Of a stretch of 64,000 bases of DNA, positions 31,186 through 42,206 are shown one piece after another. The stretch is from an uncultured delta proteobacterium (lineage in GTDB: Bacteria > Desulfobacterota > Desulfobacteria > Desulfobacterales > SG8-13): positions 310,001-374,000 of the forward strand of contig CAWKCK010000002.1 of assembly GCA_963848135.1 (NCBI GenBank). Direction: 5' to 3'. Position numbers and translations under genes: made by a program. The notes under the pieces are model-generated. The model saw nothing but the letters and a program-made list of their open reading frames with translations. It was not told the origin of the DNA and ran no database searches. Within the stretch, counting starts at the first letter, position 1. Every line of letters starts with the position of its first letter.

Positions 31186-32817
31186 TCAGTGAATCGTTTG
31201 CATCCAATAGGGATTGATAAGGTCTTCGAAAATTGACAGCGCCGCTGCCGAACCTTGTCCGGAAGCTGTAACGATTTGTTTGTACCCCCCCTCAACATCG
31301 CCGGCTGAGTAAATACCCGGTAGGTTGGTGCGGTGTTTCTCATCATGTTTGATAAAACCGTCTTCGGTCAATTCGACGCCGATTTTTTGGGCCAGTTCCA
31401 CCGACGGCTCGTATCCAATGGCGATGAACACGCCGTTGGTTTTCATGACCGAATCTTTGCGGCTTTGGTTATTGTAAAGCAAGACCTCTTCGACCCGCTC
31501 TTTCCCAAGGATTTCTTTGATTTCGGTGTTCCAAAGAACCGGAATATTGTTGTCGAATATCTGTTTGGCCAAAAAATCCTGTGCGCGGAATTTATCGCGC
31601 CGGTGCACAATAGAAACATCGATACCGAGGTGAAATAAATGCAAAGCTTCTGTTATAGCGCTGTTGCCACCTCCGACCATGATGACTTTCTTGTTTTTGA
31701 AAAGAGGACCATCGCAGGTGCTGCAGTAACTGATCCCTCGTCCCGATAGCCGTTTTTCTCCCGGAACGCCGAGATGGCGGTGTTTGGCACCGGTGGCCAG
31801 CAGAACCGCACGGGTTTCAAACTTGCGCCGGCTGGTTTGAACGATTACGGGTGAACCGGGTCGTATTTCCAGCACCTCTTCCCCCGGAAAAATTTGAACA
31901 TATTGCAGGGCGTGGCTGACCATGATATCCACCAATGCTTTCCCCCCCACCTGCGTGAAACCGGGATAGTTTTCGACGATCGGTGTTGTCGCCACCTGCC
32001 CTCCCAGAGCGTCGCGTTCCACGACGGCGGCTTTGAGACCGCTCCGCTCGGCATAAATCCCGGCGGCAAGGCCTGCCGGCCCGCCCCCGACAATGACAAT
32101 GTCGTTCTTGACCAATTCGATATCACTTTCCGGTATAAAGATGGTTTGGGGTTCCATTTTTTGAAGCGATAATGCAAACACCTCCTCGCTCTGGGCGCCC
32201 TGACCAATCAGGGTATCGTTTGCAAACGTTTGGGGAACACTGTGAGCCGAATATTGATCCGCCAATTCCGGTTCACACTGGATATCGACGATCTCCACCG
32301 AAACCAGCTCCGGCCGTTCAACAGCCGCCCGAATCGCATTAACAGCCTGCTGTGGGCAATAGGGGCACGTAGAACTGACAAAGACTTTTATTTTTCGAGG
32401 CGTGTCGATCTTTTTCAAGACCTTTTGGGTCTGTTCGTTAAGATTGCTTTGACCTAGACCGACAAAAATAAGTGCCTCCAAGAAAATGCGCCCTTCTTCA
32501 CCCAAGGGTGCACCAAGCCAGCGAATGTTGAACCGCTCAGGTGCAATCAGCAGGGACGGGGAACGGTCAACGTTCCATTTTCGTGCCAATTCATGATCCA
32601 AGTCGTATTCGCGAAATGTGATTTTTGATGACAACTCTCTGAAAGCACGTACGATTTGACGGTTTGTCTGGGCAAATATGTTGTCCCCACCCTTTTCCAT
32701 AAACATGTACAGTGGAATATCGTGCGGCAGTTTTTCGAAAGTCTGTTTCAACTGCTGCATAAATTGTTCCTGCGTGGCTGCTCCAGCCTGGGCTTCCATG
32801 GTGGCGGTATTCTCCAA
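31186..32817 (-). CDS. AhpF-like fusion: N-terminal thioredoxin (PDO-like) domains plus thioredoxin reductase
   Basis: CPYC in the thioredoxin fold, GGGPAG FAD motif, CSTCDG active site, GGGNSA NAD(P)H motif. Confidence 0.9.
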   Translation of the reverse strand: MENTATMEAQAGAATQEQFMQQLKQTFEKLPHDIPLYMFMEKGGDNIFAQTNRQIVRAFRELSSKITFREYDLDHELARKWNVDRSPSLLIAPERFNIRWLGAPLGEEGRIFLEALIFVGLGQSNLNEQTQKVLKKIDTPRKIKVFVSSTCPYCPQQAVNAIRAAVERPELVSVEIVDIQCEPELADQYSAHSVPQTFANDTLIGQGAQSEEVFALSLQKMEPQTIFIPESDIELVKNDIVIVGGGPAGLAAGIYAERSGLKAAVVERDALGGQVATTPIVENYPGFTQVGGKALVDIMVSHALQYVQIFPGEEVLEIRPGSPVIVQTSRRKFETRAVLLATGAKHRHLGVPGEKRLSGRGISYCSTCDGPLFKNKKVIMVGGGNSAITEALHLFHLGIDVSIVHRRDKFRAQDFLAKQIFDNNIPVLWNTEIKEILGKERVEEVLLYNNQSRKDSVMKTNGVFIAIGYEPSVELAQKIGVELTEDGFIKHDEKHRTNLPGIYSAGDVEGGYKQIVTASGQGSAAALSIFEDLINPYWMQTIH

Positions 32818-33047
32818 CGCGATCCCTCCTTGTTCTTATGTTCTTACCCTGATTTTTTTATGATTTCACAATGAATTCGGATGTAAATTAAGGATGATGA
32901 ATACGGGTGTCAACTGACAAGCCGGTCTCCTCAACCGTGACCGTTCCGGTGGCTTTCGCGTGCGGTTGGCGCCAAAAGGTCGGTTACGATTTCGGTATTG
33001 CGCCAGGAGTTGCTGTGGGGGGAGAACACCATCTGTCTAATATTACA

Positions 33048-33749
33048 TTACAAATTTGCGAATGAATTATCAGAGTTCAACAGGGCTGCGGCCATGATCA
33101 GATCTTCATCGGTGGTCACCTTGATGTTGGCCTTGCTGCCCCGGATGATGTTCACCGGATAGCCCATGCGTTCAACAAGGCTGGCATCATCGGTTCCCGC
33201 ATATCCGTCGTTCTGGGCACGTTTATGGGCGTCCATAATGATCCGGTATTCGAAAACCTGGGGAGTTTGGATTAACCACAGCCCGTTTCGCTCTACGGTC
33301 TCGGTGATATAGCCCTTTGGATTGGCTTTTTTAATCGTATCGGCGACAGGGATTCCGGGAATGCAGGCACCGCTCACAGCGGCAACTCGGATACAGTCAT
33401 CTATCAACGATGGGTCGATGAGTGGCCGTACGCCGTCGTGGATTGCCACCAAGCCATCCTTTTGGCCGAGTTCTTTTAATCCACGAAAAACGGATTGCTG
33501 CCGTTCGGATCCACCGGCGACGAGTTTGACCGGTTTCTTCATTTCCGCGGGTGATAGGATGTGTTCATGGCAATAATCAAAATCTTCTTGGGGGATAACC
33601 ATGCAGATATGATCGACAGCTGCACACGCACTGATCCTCTGGAGAGTGTGAGAAAGAATGGGGTGGCCGGCGACTATCAGGTATTGTTTTCGCTGCACGG
33701 TACCCATACGCACACCTTTTCCAGCAGCGACAATTATTACATTTACCAT
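33048..33749 (-). CDS. ispD: 2-C-methyl-D-erythritol 4-phosphate cytidylyltransferase
   Basis: AAGKGVRMG..KQY, GG.ERQ.SV, HDGVRP, QTPQ.F, TDDASL and NIKVTT. Confidence 0.95.
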   Translation of the reverse strand: MVNVIIVAAGKGVRMGTVQRKQYLIVAGHPILSHTLQRISACAAVDHICMVIPQEDFDYCHEHILSPAEMKKPVKLVAGGSERQQSVFRGLKELGQKDGLVAIHDGVRPLIDPSLIDDCIRVAAVSGACIPGIPVADTIKKANPKGYITETVERNGLWLIQTPQVFEYRIIMDAHKRAQNDGYAGTDDASLVERMGYPVNIIRGSKANIKVTTDEDLIMAAALLNSDNSFANL

Positions 33750-33783
33750 TATTTTAGATAACTTTTATTGTTTTATTTATATT

Positions 33784-35091
33784 TTACTTTAAGTATTTTA
33801 GCTCTTTCGGCAACGGCACACCTTTGCCCATGGTATCCTCACCGTAATTGACGCCGGCTAAAATTTCGAGATCCCTTAAGGCCCTCGTGTCACCCTCAAA
33901 TCCGACCCGTGTCAGCGCCTCCTTCTGTATTTTACCGCCAGCCCATTGGATATCGAGAACGCTGCTGGCGTCGAACCGGGCGTCGCCCACGACCATTTCA
34001 ACCTCTCCCCCATAATGCTGCACAATCTTTGCCACCATCAGGCTCGGTCGACTATGGAATCCCAGCTTGACAGGGATGCCAACCGTAATCGAGCCTCTTT
34101 CGATGTTTTCATTGAGAATCTCACCAGCCAGTTTGGTGCCGACGTTCAGAAAATGGCAGGTGTAATAAAGACTGTAGTTTATCGTTCTTTCCAGCAATGC
34201 CTCAGCATCAACGAGAGAGGCCAAATGATCCTGTACCTGCTTGTAGATATTTTTATAGCCGGCATCGTAAAGGTGGCGTTCATAGAAGTGGAGCAGTCGG
34301 CCCATGATTTGAAGCAAATGGAACACGGCTGAAAAATTGCCGCGAAGCTGTTTCAATTTACGATTTCCGAATCGATAACCACCGTGGATCACATAGGTAT
34401 CGAAGGAGGACTGCAGGTTATGCACCAGCATTTCAAACCTCCTGACCTCAACCTCGTTGATCTTGTCCGGTACGATGGCTCGGATTTCCCCTATGTCGTA
34501 AGGCTCGTAAAATCGAAACTGATCTAGCTTCTTGGCAATACGAATGAATTCACTGGCAATATTGACGATGTGTTTTTTCTGCAGATCCCGGTTATCATCA
34601 TCTATATTGTATTCCAGCAGGTCGCCCGTTACCACCTCGGGGAATGAATCAATGTCGATCAAATCTGAAGGTTCGGGAATATCCAAACGACGGGCTTCGC
34701 CGATAATGACTGGTGCCAGCTTTCTCAGCGTGTTGGTCAAAAAAGCGGCCGTCGCTTCGCCTTCACGCCGGAAATTTTCCATGTCCACCAGATCATAGAA
34801 AATTAGTCGATTGAGGATGTGCTTCTGTGAGTAACTGGCCAGGCTCAGGTGTCTAACCGCTGCGCTGAGCTCCCTGAAATAATACCAGTCGGTATTGTTT
34901 TTGGCCCCGTGGAAATCGAGAAAGTCTTCAAGCAGCTGAGAGTTGGCAATGAGAGCGGCATAGAGTCTTTTGCTGATAACACTGTAGGTGGAACTCTCAT
35001 CCGCCAAGAATTTGCAGTACCGCAGATAATCATGGGTAAAAATTTTGACCCGTCCGTAGAAGCTAATGTCACTTGAGTCCTGGGTGTTCAT
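33784..35091 (-). CDS. Long protein with C-terminal HPr-like phosphocarrier domain
   Basis: C-terminal GFHSRPS and DASSVLDI. Start moved to ATG 35091 because the longer track ORF overlaps rnpB. Confidence 0.82.
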   Translation of the reverse strand: MNTQDSSDISFYGRVKIFTHDYLRYCKFLADESSTYSVISKRLYAALIANSQLLEDFLDFHGAKNNTDWYYFRELSAAVRHLSLASYSQKHILNRLIFYDLVDMENFRREGEATAAFLTNTLRKLAPVIIGEARRLDIPEPSDLIDIDSFPEVVTGDLLEYNIDDDNRDLQKKHIVNIASEFIRIAKKLDQFRFYEPYDIGEIRAIVPDKINEVEVRRFEMLVHNLQSSFDTYVIHGGYRFGNRKLKQLRGNFSAVFHLLQIMGRLLHFYERHLYDAGYKNIYKQVQDHLASLVDAEALLERTINYSLYYTCHFLNVGTKLAGEILNENIERGSITVGIPVKLGFHSRPSLMVAKIVQHYGGEVEMVVGDARFDASSVLDIQWAGGKIQKEALTRVGFEGDTRALRDLEILAGVNYGEDTMGKGVPLPKELKYLK

Positions 35092-35169
35092 GGGTATTGG
35101 CCGTTGTTCGCGCGTAAATGATTGGGGTGTGATTCTTATGGCAAGTAACGAATGGTTTTTGAGAGTGGC

Positions 35170-35545
<376 letters not shown>

Positions 35546-35571
35546 ACCACACAGGTTGTTATCCACCTTGT

Positions 35572-35673
35572 TATAGTGGTTGCCAAAAAACTCGCCGTAA
35601 ATCGAATGGTTTTGTCACCAATCACTTATACCAGCTTTCCGTATTTTGGTATTTATTTTTGAAAAGCGGTAGA
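35572..35673 (-). repeat. Repeat family 1, copy D (immediately upstream of rnpB)
   Basis: Minus strand TCTACCGCTTTTCAAAAATAAATACCAAAATACGG...GGTATAAGTGATTGG...GCAACCACTATA. Confidence 0.82.
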
Positions 35674-35743
35674 AAGCGTAATATTAGCGAGTTTCTAATT
35701 AAAATCAAGATCTCACCGTGTGAAATCGTCATGCAGCGCCGTT

Positions 35744-36493
35744 TCACACTGATTCTTCTGTAGAGCTATCCGTTGAATCGAACAGTGGATATATCAAGCG
35801 CTCACAGTGGGGACAATAAAACACTTTATTGAAACGCAACAGTTCGTTGAACATCTGGGGGGGAAGATTGACATGACATTCCATGCAGACGGCGCTTTTT
35901 ACCAACGCAATTGCAGTGCTACCGATATTTTTTTTCACAATTTCATACAGTTTTAACAATTCAGGATCGGTGGTGGCTATGACCTGACTCCGTGCTTCAA
36001 CCAGCCCGTCGATCCTTTGTTGCAAGCCTTCGCCAGTTTGGCGAATATGGTCCTTTTCGCTATCTATATCTCGCAGAATATTCTGCAGTTCGCTTTTTTT
36101 CTCGGTTAAAGTGGCCTCTTTTTCATCGATCTCTTCAAGGCAGGCGATCATTCGGTCTTCTATGGCGGACAGGGACGCCGCCAGATCTTCGATTTCTTTC
36201 AAGGAGGATTGATATTCCTTGTTGGTTTTGACGGCGCGCAATTTTTCTTCGCTTTTTGCAATGCTGGATTGTATCGATTTGGCCTCCGACTCCTGGGTGC
36301 GAAACATTTGCTGCAATTCGCTCAAGCGTTCATTGACGTCGCTGACGATCTTTTCGCTGTTTTGCGCGTTTGTATCGAGGGCCGCCATTTCAACGGGCAA
36401 TTTGTCGAGCCTCGATTGTAGGGTTGCCGTTTCGATTTCATTTTCCTGAAGTTTCAAAAGCACATCAAATTTTTTCTTAAGTTCCGATTCCAT
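35744..36493 (-). CDS. Coiled-coil protein with C4 zinc ribbon (DUF164 family)
   Basis: Long coiled coil, VKTNKEY, CMECH and CPHCERLIY. Follows Nif3. Confidence 0.9.
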   Translation of the reverse strand: MESELKKKFDVLLKLQENEIETATLQSRLDKLPVEMAALDTNAQNSEKIVSDVNERLSELQQMFRTQESEAKSIQSSIAKSEEKLRAVKTNKEYQSSLKEIEDLAASLSAIEDRMIACLEEIDEKEATLTEKKSELQNILRDIDSEKDHIRQTGEGLQQRIDGLVEARSQVIATTDPELLKLYEIVKKNIGSTAIALVKSAVCMECHVNLPPQMFNELLRFNKVFYCPHCERLIYPLFDSTDSSTEESV

Positions 36494-36527
36494 GATCACC
36501 CGTTTGTGTGAGAAGGTTACACCCTGA

Positions 36528-37655
36528 TCAGACCTGAACAAATGGATCGCTTTCGAGTGTGCAAGCGGACACATTAACCTTGAGTCCTCTTGCGGCGACG
36601 GCGGTACGTAATTGCTCGGTAAGCTCAGGCACCATAATGTGCTCTGAGGCAAAGTGGCCTATATCGACCACCCCTCGCCGAGCAGCTTGGGTGTCTCTGG
36701 CCTCGTGATAACGTAGATCGCCACTGATGAAAGCCTCGGCGGGGGAGGCCATAAAGCGGGGCAAAAGGCTTCCGCCACTACCGGTACAAACTGCCACACT
36801 TTTTACTGCCATATCCGGCTCGCCGACCATACGGACCGTCGTCAAGCCTAAAATCTTTTTAACTTGCAGGGCCAGTGATTTCAGGTCGGTCTTAATGGAC
36901 AGTTCACCCCAGCGGCCGATGCCCTGATGGGTCACCTGTGGCGCGAGAGGATACACGTCATAAGCCATGGTTTCATAAGGGTGTTGCGACCTCAATTGGT
37001 CCACAACATCCGCCAGCTCAGTCGCCGACACCACGGATTCGATTCGAACTTCGGCAACTTCGCTCAAACGACCGTGTTTTCCCCTGTAAGGGCTGGCAGC
37101 CTGATGGGGAAAGAAAGTCGCCTTGCCAGCGACTCTGAATGAACAGGATCGATAGGCACCAATACTGCCTGCGCCGGTATCAATTAGCACATCCAGTAAC
37201 TTTTTTTCGTGATCCACCGGGACAAACACGACAAGCTTGTAGACAGAATCGGCGCCCCCCCCGACGAGCGGCCGAAGGTTTTTCAGCCCAATGTGGCGCG
37301 CCAAAATATCATTCAGCCCGCCGGCGACACTATCGTAATTTGTGTGCGCCGCGTAGATCGCCATTTTATTTTGAGCCGCCAAACGGACGCATCGACCAAT
37401 CGGCAGGCTGAAGTCGACAGTTTTCAGGGGATTAAAAATCAGAGGATGATGGGTAATGAGCAGATCGATTTTTTCCCGGCAGGCCGCTTCGACCACATCC
37501 GGAAGAGGATCGAGGGCGACCCAAATGGCTTTAACCGACCAGTCTCTCTGACCGACCTGCAACCCGATGTTGTCCCATTTTTCAGCCAACTTCGGCGGGG
37601 CTATGTGTTCCATAACACGGATAACATCTTCAACCGTGGCTGTCATGCCGTTCAC
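36528..37655 (-). CDS. Nif3-like dinuclear metal centre hexameric protein
   Basis: WDNIGLQVG, ITHHPLIF, AHTNYD, HPYE and GHFASE. Confidence 0.93.
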   Translation of the reverse strand: MNGMTATVEDVIRVMEHIAPPKLAEKWDNIGLQVGQRDWSVKAIWVALDPLPDVVEAACREKIDLLITHHPLIFNPLKTVDFSLPIGRCVRLAAQNKMAIYAAHTNYDSVAGGLNDILARHIGLKNLRPLVGGGADSVYKLVVFVPVDHEKKLLDVLIDTGAGSIGAYRSCSFRVAGKATFFPHQAASPYRGKHGRLSEVAEVRIESVVSATELADVVDQLRSQHPYETMAYDVYPLAPQVTHQGIGRWGELSIKTDLKSLALQVKKILGLTTVRMVGEPDMAVKSVAVCTGSGGSLLPRFMASPAEAFISGDLRYHEARDTQAARRGVVDIGHFASEHIMVPELTEQLRTAVAARGLKVNVSACTLESDPFVQV

Positions 37656-37734
37656 CCTTTTGTTTCTGTTGGTCTAAACTAAGGCAGTATTCAATATTAG
37701 CGTGTCATCGCTTTTTTTGGGCATCACCCATGAA

Positions 37735-37765
37735 AAAGGCGCGGTTGCTTAGCAACCGCGCCTTT
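37735..37765 (-). terminator. Terminator hairpin downstream of tRNA
   Basis: AAAGGCGCGGTTGCT-t-AGCAACCGCGCCTTT. Confidence 0.75.
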
Positions 37766-37886
37766 AAATGATATCAAAGGTTTATCCCCGCATTTAAAAC
37801 CGACGTTTCCATCCCTCCCGGAATCGTCCGTACCGCATTGGTAGAGGGAGTTACCCAAAGTTTTAGGAGATTTGAGTTCATAGGTA

Positions 37887-37959
37887 TGGGCCCACCTGGG
37901 ATCGAACCAGGGACCTACCGGTTATGAGCCGGTGGCTCTGCCAGCTGAGCTATGGGCCC
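37887..37959 (-). tRNA. tRNA with CAT anticodon, most likely tRNA-Ile2 (lysidine); CCA not encoded
   Basis: GGGCCCATAGCTCAG...ACCGG-CTCATAA-CCGGT...GGTTCGATCC...TGGGCCCA. Lacks initiator features and lies downstream of rpoD. Confidence 0.9.
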
Positions 37960-38100
37960 ACAGGCACGTTTTTGAGACGTATCTACCTAACCCCACCGGG
38001 CTGATTTGTCAAGCTGAACACTCGACCTCGCGCTGGTATCACCCCAGTCGCCCGCCGCACATATTACCAGATTTGAAATTCATTGATAACTTGCGAGGTC

Positions 38101-39966
38101 TCAAGTTTCAATAAAATGTTTCAGTTTTCGGCTCCGGGTCGGATGTCGCAATTTTCGGAGTGCCTTGGCTTCGATTTGGCGGATCCGTTCGCGGGTAACT
38201 GCAAAATCCTGTCCGACCTCCTCGAGGGTATGATCGGCCTTCTCCCCAATTCCAAATCGCATGCGCAGGACTTTTTCCTCTCGGGGGGTTAAAGTTGCCA
38301 GGACTTTACGGGTTTGCTCGGCCAGGTTTAAATTGATGGCGGCATCGGAAGGGAGCATGAACTTTTTGTCTTCGATGAAATCTCCCAGATGGCTGTCTTC
38401 TTCTTCTCCGATAGGCGTTTCCAGCGAGATAGGTTCCCTGGCTATTTTCAGCACCTTGCGCACCTTTTCCAGCGGAATTTCCATTTTCTCGGCAATCTCT
38501 TCAGGTGTCGGTTCACGTCCCTGCTCCTGCACGAGGTACCGCGATGTGCGTATCAGTTTATTAATCGTTTCGATCATGTGCACGGGTATACGTATGGTAC
38601 GCGCCTGATCGGCGATCGCCCGGGTAATGGCCTGCCGAATCCACCAAGTGGCATATGTGCTGAATTTGTATCCCCGTCGATATTCGAATTTATCCACCGC
38701 TTTCATCAGACCGATATTGCCCTCTTGTATCAAGTCCAGAAACTGGAGACCTCGATTGGTATACTTCTTGGCAATGCTGACCACAAGTCGAAGATTGGCC
38801 CTTGTCAACTCGCTTTTGGCCAATTTTGCATTGAAACGACCTTCCGCGACATTGGCCATGACCCGCTTGAGAATTCTGTTTTTTGTTTTCAGAGCCTTTT
38901 TTCGGTCAATAATGGACGTATGGATATTGTTTAGTTCTGTATACAGTTCGGCCTGTTCGTCTTTCTTTAATTGAGCATGTTTGCTGACCCATTTGACGAA
39001 ATGGGTTTTCGATTTGAGGTTCTGTCGAACTTCCGCTAAAGGCTGATCGATAACTGTAGCGCGTCTGGAAAAATTTTGCCCCATACGATCAAACCAGTCG
39101 ATCTGATTACAAATCCGAATTTCGATATCGTCAAGAATGCTTCCTTCCAACCGCCACTCCTTCAGGAGGTCGAATATTTTTGCATTGCGCCGCTTGATTG
39201 ATCGGCGTACACGGCGTTTTTCACCCGGTTTCAGTTGGGTGAAAAACAGTCTCTCCCGAAGTTGATTGTTCTCTGAATGAACTTCCCCGATAGACCGTAT
39301 GGTATTGAGAAATTTTTCCGTCTGAACCGATTCATCAACGTATGCGTCCCCTTCATCGATATCTCTGAGAACATATTTAGATCGAAGTTCCCCTTTCGCC
39401 ATTTGCTCTCCGAGTTCAAGGATTGCCTCAACGCCGCTGGTTGTATCGAGCAGCGCTCTCAATACTTCTTGCTCACCAGCCTCTATTTTCTTGGCGATTT
39501 CGACTTCGCCTTCGCGGCTCAGTAATGTTACCATTCCCATTTCGCGCAAGTACATCTTAACCGGGTCCGTAACAGCCCCGAAATCAGAAAGGGCGCGCTG
39601 ACGCTCTTTGATCTTTTGTTTTCTTAGTTTTTTGGCTTCCTCTGATTTCTTGACACTTTTTTCGTCCAGAATATCGATATCGTGGTCGTCAAAAAGCATC
39701 AGTGTTTCTTCGATCTGCTCAGCGGAAAGGGCGTCTTCAGGCAATACGGCATTGATCTCATCGTAGGTCAGGTATCCCTGTTTGGTGCCTTTCGATATCA
39801 GATCCTTCAATGCCTTCTTGCTTATTTTCAAAGCGCCGACACGATTTTCAATGGCCTTCGTGTCGATAACCTTTGGGGCTGCCTTCTTCGATTTTTTTTG
39901 TATGGGCTTTTTCTTAGCAGCCGTTTTTTTTACGGTTACCCTTTTTTTAGCGGTTTTCTTTGCCAT
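38101..39966 (-). CDS. rpoD: RNA polymerase primary sigma factor
   Basis: [40 protein letters not shown] and [17 protein letters not shown]. Confidence 0.98.
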   Translation of the reverse strand: MAKKTAKKRVTVKKTAAKKKPIQKKSKKAAPKVIDTKAIENRVGALKISKKALKDLISKGTKQGYLTYDEINAVLPEDALSAEQIEETLMLFDDHDIDILDEKSVKKSEEAKKLRKQKIKERQRALSDFGAVTDPVKMYLREMGMVTLLSREGEVEIAKKIEAGEQEVLRALLDTTSGVEAILELGEQMAKGELRSKYVLRDIDEGDAYVDESVQTEKFLNTIRSIGEVHSENNQLRERLFFTQLKPGEKRRVRRSIKRRNAKIFDLLKEWRLEGSILDDIEIRICNQIDWFDRMGQNFSRRATVIDQPLAEVRQNLKSKTHFVKWVSKHAQLKKDEQAELYTELNNIHTSIIDRKKALKTKNRILKRVMANVAEGRFNAKLAKSELTRANLRLVVSIAKKYTNRGLQFLDLIQEGNIGLMKAVDKFEYRRGYKFSTYATWWIRQAITRAIADQARTIRIPVHMIETINKLIRTSRYLVQEQGREPTPEEIAEKMEIPLEKVRKVLKIAREPISLETPIGEEEDSHLGDFIEDKKFMLPSDAAINLNLAEQTRKVLATLTPREEKVLRMRFGIGEKADHTLEEVGQDFAVTRERIRQIEAKALRKLRHPTRSRKLKHFIET

Positions 39967-40085
39967 TAAAATGTGCCTCCCGCGAATTCACCAGTTTGTA
40001 TGAAGTCCAACTGCCTAACGATTTCACCGATGTGCGCCATGCGGCCCATTGAAAAAAATCGGCCGGTTGTTATAAGAGAAGAACG

Positions 40086-41972
40086 TCACTTCCGATAGAT
40101 TAATGCCATTTTCCGTTTTTCGCGTTTGATCGCCTGGCTTTGTTTCTCAGTCAGCAATTTGTTCACCAATGTATCGTCCCTGTTGCGTACGGCTTCTTTA
40201 ATACGGCTGTTGATGTCCTGCTGGAGTTGATTCTTGCGGGTCGTCTCGACGAAATATACAATCTGTTTTTCGCAACCTTCGATGGACCACGCCTCGTCCC
40301 GTATGGCCATATCGGCAACCAGCTGGCGGTCTTTTTCGTCGGTGATCGCAACAAGGATGTCGGCTATCCACTGCTCCGGGTTCAGTTCTGATCGAATCCG
40401 CGAGGCATCAGGATTCGATCGGTCCGTCAAACGGCGATAGCAGCTCAAAATTACCTGTCCGATCCGCAACAGTCTCTGATTATCCAAACACGACAGGGCT
40501 TCAAACTTGGCAACGGTTTGACAGACATCCGGGACCTGTAACATCATCGTAATGATCTGTTTGTCCAGGCGACCGTATACTTCTGCCCTTGCATCGCCGA
40601 AGCGGGGCTTTTCATTACCCGCTGCTGGTCGAAGGGAAATGCGCGATACCGACCTTGCTTCCGCCTGGCGCAGTTTTTCGAGCAGGGCGGTTTCATCGAT
40701 CTCTAAGCGTTCAGCCACCATTTTCACATACAGGGATCTGGCGACGACATCCGAGACGGCCGTCAGGGTTTCCTGCAATGCAGAGACGATCTTCACTTTT
40801 CCGTCGACTGACAAACCATGCCTACTGACAGCCGTCTCGAGCAGGAACGGAATGATATCCAAAGCCGCGGCAGCGGCTTTATTGAAAGATTCTGCACCAT
40901 ACTCGAACACATAGGAATCCGGATCGTAACCGGAATCCAGAACTAAAACCTGCGCACTGACGTATTCCTTGTCAAACACGTCGATGCTGCGTCGAGCCGC
41001 TTTGATACCTGCCTCGTCTGAATCATACACCAATAGAACCTTGCCATTTTCCCCGATGCACCCCCGAAGCAGGCGGACGTGATCGGCGGTCAGTGATGTC
41101 CCGAGGGTCGCCACGGCATTGCAGACGCCATGCTGATGCAAGGCAATCACATCAAAATATCCTTCAACGATTATTACGGTACCCGTTTGCCGGCAATGCG
41201 GTTTAGCAAGATGCAGCCCGTATAACGATCGGCTCTTATTATAGAGCGCCGTTTCCGGAGAGTTAAGGTACTTTGGAAGGTCGTCGTTCATCACTCGACC
41301 GCCAAAACCCAGAACACGATTATTGATATCGAAAATCGGAAAAATAATCCGCTGACGAAACCGATCGTAATATCCGTTCCCGTTCTTTCTCGGCACAACC
41401 AGACCGCTTTTTTCGATGAGTGCCTGTGGTACGCGCTTCCGAACAAGGTGGTTAAGGACATTGTCCCATCCCTCTGGCGCATACCCGATTTGAAAAAGAT
41501 CGATTGTGTCTTGGATCAATCCTCTATTTTGAAGATAATCTCTGGCTTTCTGGCCGCCGGATCGGTCATTCAGGGCGCGGCGGAAATAGTGCATCCCTTT
41601 CTGGTTAATCGCCAACAGACGTTCGAATTCGTCCAAACGCCTTTTCTGATCCGGGCTCATGCGTCGGTCAGGTAGAGCGATATTGTATCGGCCAGCCAGA
41701 GTCTTTACAGCCTGAGGAAAAGCAATCCCTTCATGCTTCATGATAAACGAAAAAACATTCCCCCCTTCCCCGCAGCCGAAGCAGTGAAATATCTGCTTGT
41801 CCGGGCTGACGGTGAATGAGGGTGTTTTCTCAGAGTGAAACGGACACAGGCCGAGATAATTTTTCCCACTCTTTTTCAAAAGAACGGCTCCCGATACCAC
41901 ATCGACGATGTCGGCCGCGCTTCTGATTTCTGCAATTTTGTCTTCCGGGATTACGTTGGTCAAGAAGAGCAT
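40086..41972 (-). CDS. dnaG: DNA primase
   Basis: CPFH.EKTPSF...CFGC, KYLNSPET, VEGYFD, YDSD.AG and DPD. The true start may be TTG 41963. Confidence 0.97.
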   Translation of the reverse strand: MLFLTNVIPEDKIAEIRSAADIVDVVSGAVLLKKSGKNYLGLCPFHSEKTPSFTVSPDKQIFHCFGCGEGGNVFSFIMKHEGIAFPQAVKTLAGRYNIALPDRRMSPDQKRRLDEFERLLAINQKGMHYFRRALNDRSGGQKARDYLQNRGLIQDTIDLFQIGYAPEGWDNVLNHLVRKRVPQALIEKSGLVVPRKNGNGYYDRFRQRIIFPIFDINNRVLGFGGRVMNDDLPKYLNSPETALYNKSRSLYGLHLAKPHCRQTGTVIIVEGYFDVIALHQHGVCNAVATLGTSLTADHVRLLRGCIGENGKVLLVYDSDEAGIKAARRSIDVFDKEYVSAQVLVLDSGYDPDSYVFEYGAESFNKAAAAALDIIPFLLETAVSRHGLSVDGKVKIVSALQETLTAVSDVVARSLYVKMVAERLEIDETALLEKLRQAEARSVSRISLRPAAGNEKPRFGDARAEVYGRLDKQIITMMLQVPDVCQTVAKFEALSCLDNQRLLRIGQVILSCYRRLTDRSNPDASRIRSELNPEQWIADILVAITDEKDRQLVADMAIRDEAWSIEGCEKQIVYFVETTRKNQLQQDINSRIKEAVRNRDDTLVNKLLTEKQSQAIKREKRKMALIYRK

Positions 41973-42150
41973 CCTCCACTTCTATGGATCAAGGGGGAGT
42001 GGTCCTTTAATGGAGGTGATTAAATGGGATGTAACTTAGCGAAAAATGAACCGAACTCAAGAAAACAACGCCGTTCGGCGACGGTGTTCGAGGCAAAATA
42101 TATCATAGTACCCATGCTCGGCATTTTGGGTAAATGCAAATTAGCAGAGA

Positions 42151-42179
42151 AATATAATTTACAGCACCTGTAATGTCAA
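42151..42179 (-). promoter_or_regulatory. Sigma70-type promoter for dnaG-rpoD
   Basis: Minus strand TTGACA-17 nt-TATATT. The spacer contains the dyad TTACAG-gtg-CTGTAA. Confidence 0.65.
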
Positions 42180-42206
42180 GTATTTTTTGTACGTGGAGAG
42201 ACCCGG

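Noticed and set aside
37932..38114. Short ORFs over or next to the tRNA genes (also 47445-47660)
   Set aside because: They overlap tRNA or terminator sequences and show no protein features.
39870..39966. Lys/Ala-rich low-complexity N-terminus of RpoD
   Set aside because: Such extensions are common in primary sigma factors of several phyla and are not unusual.
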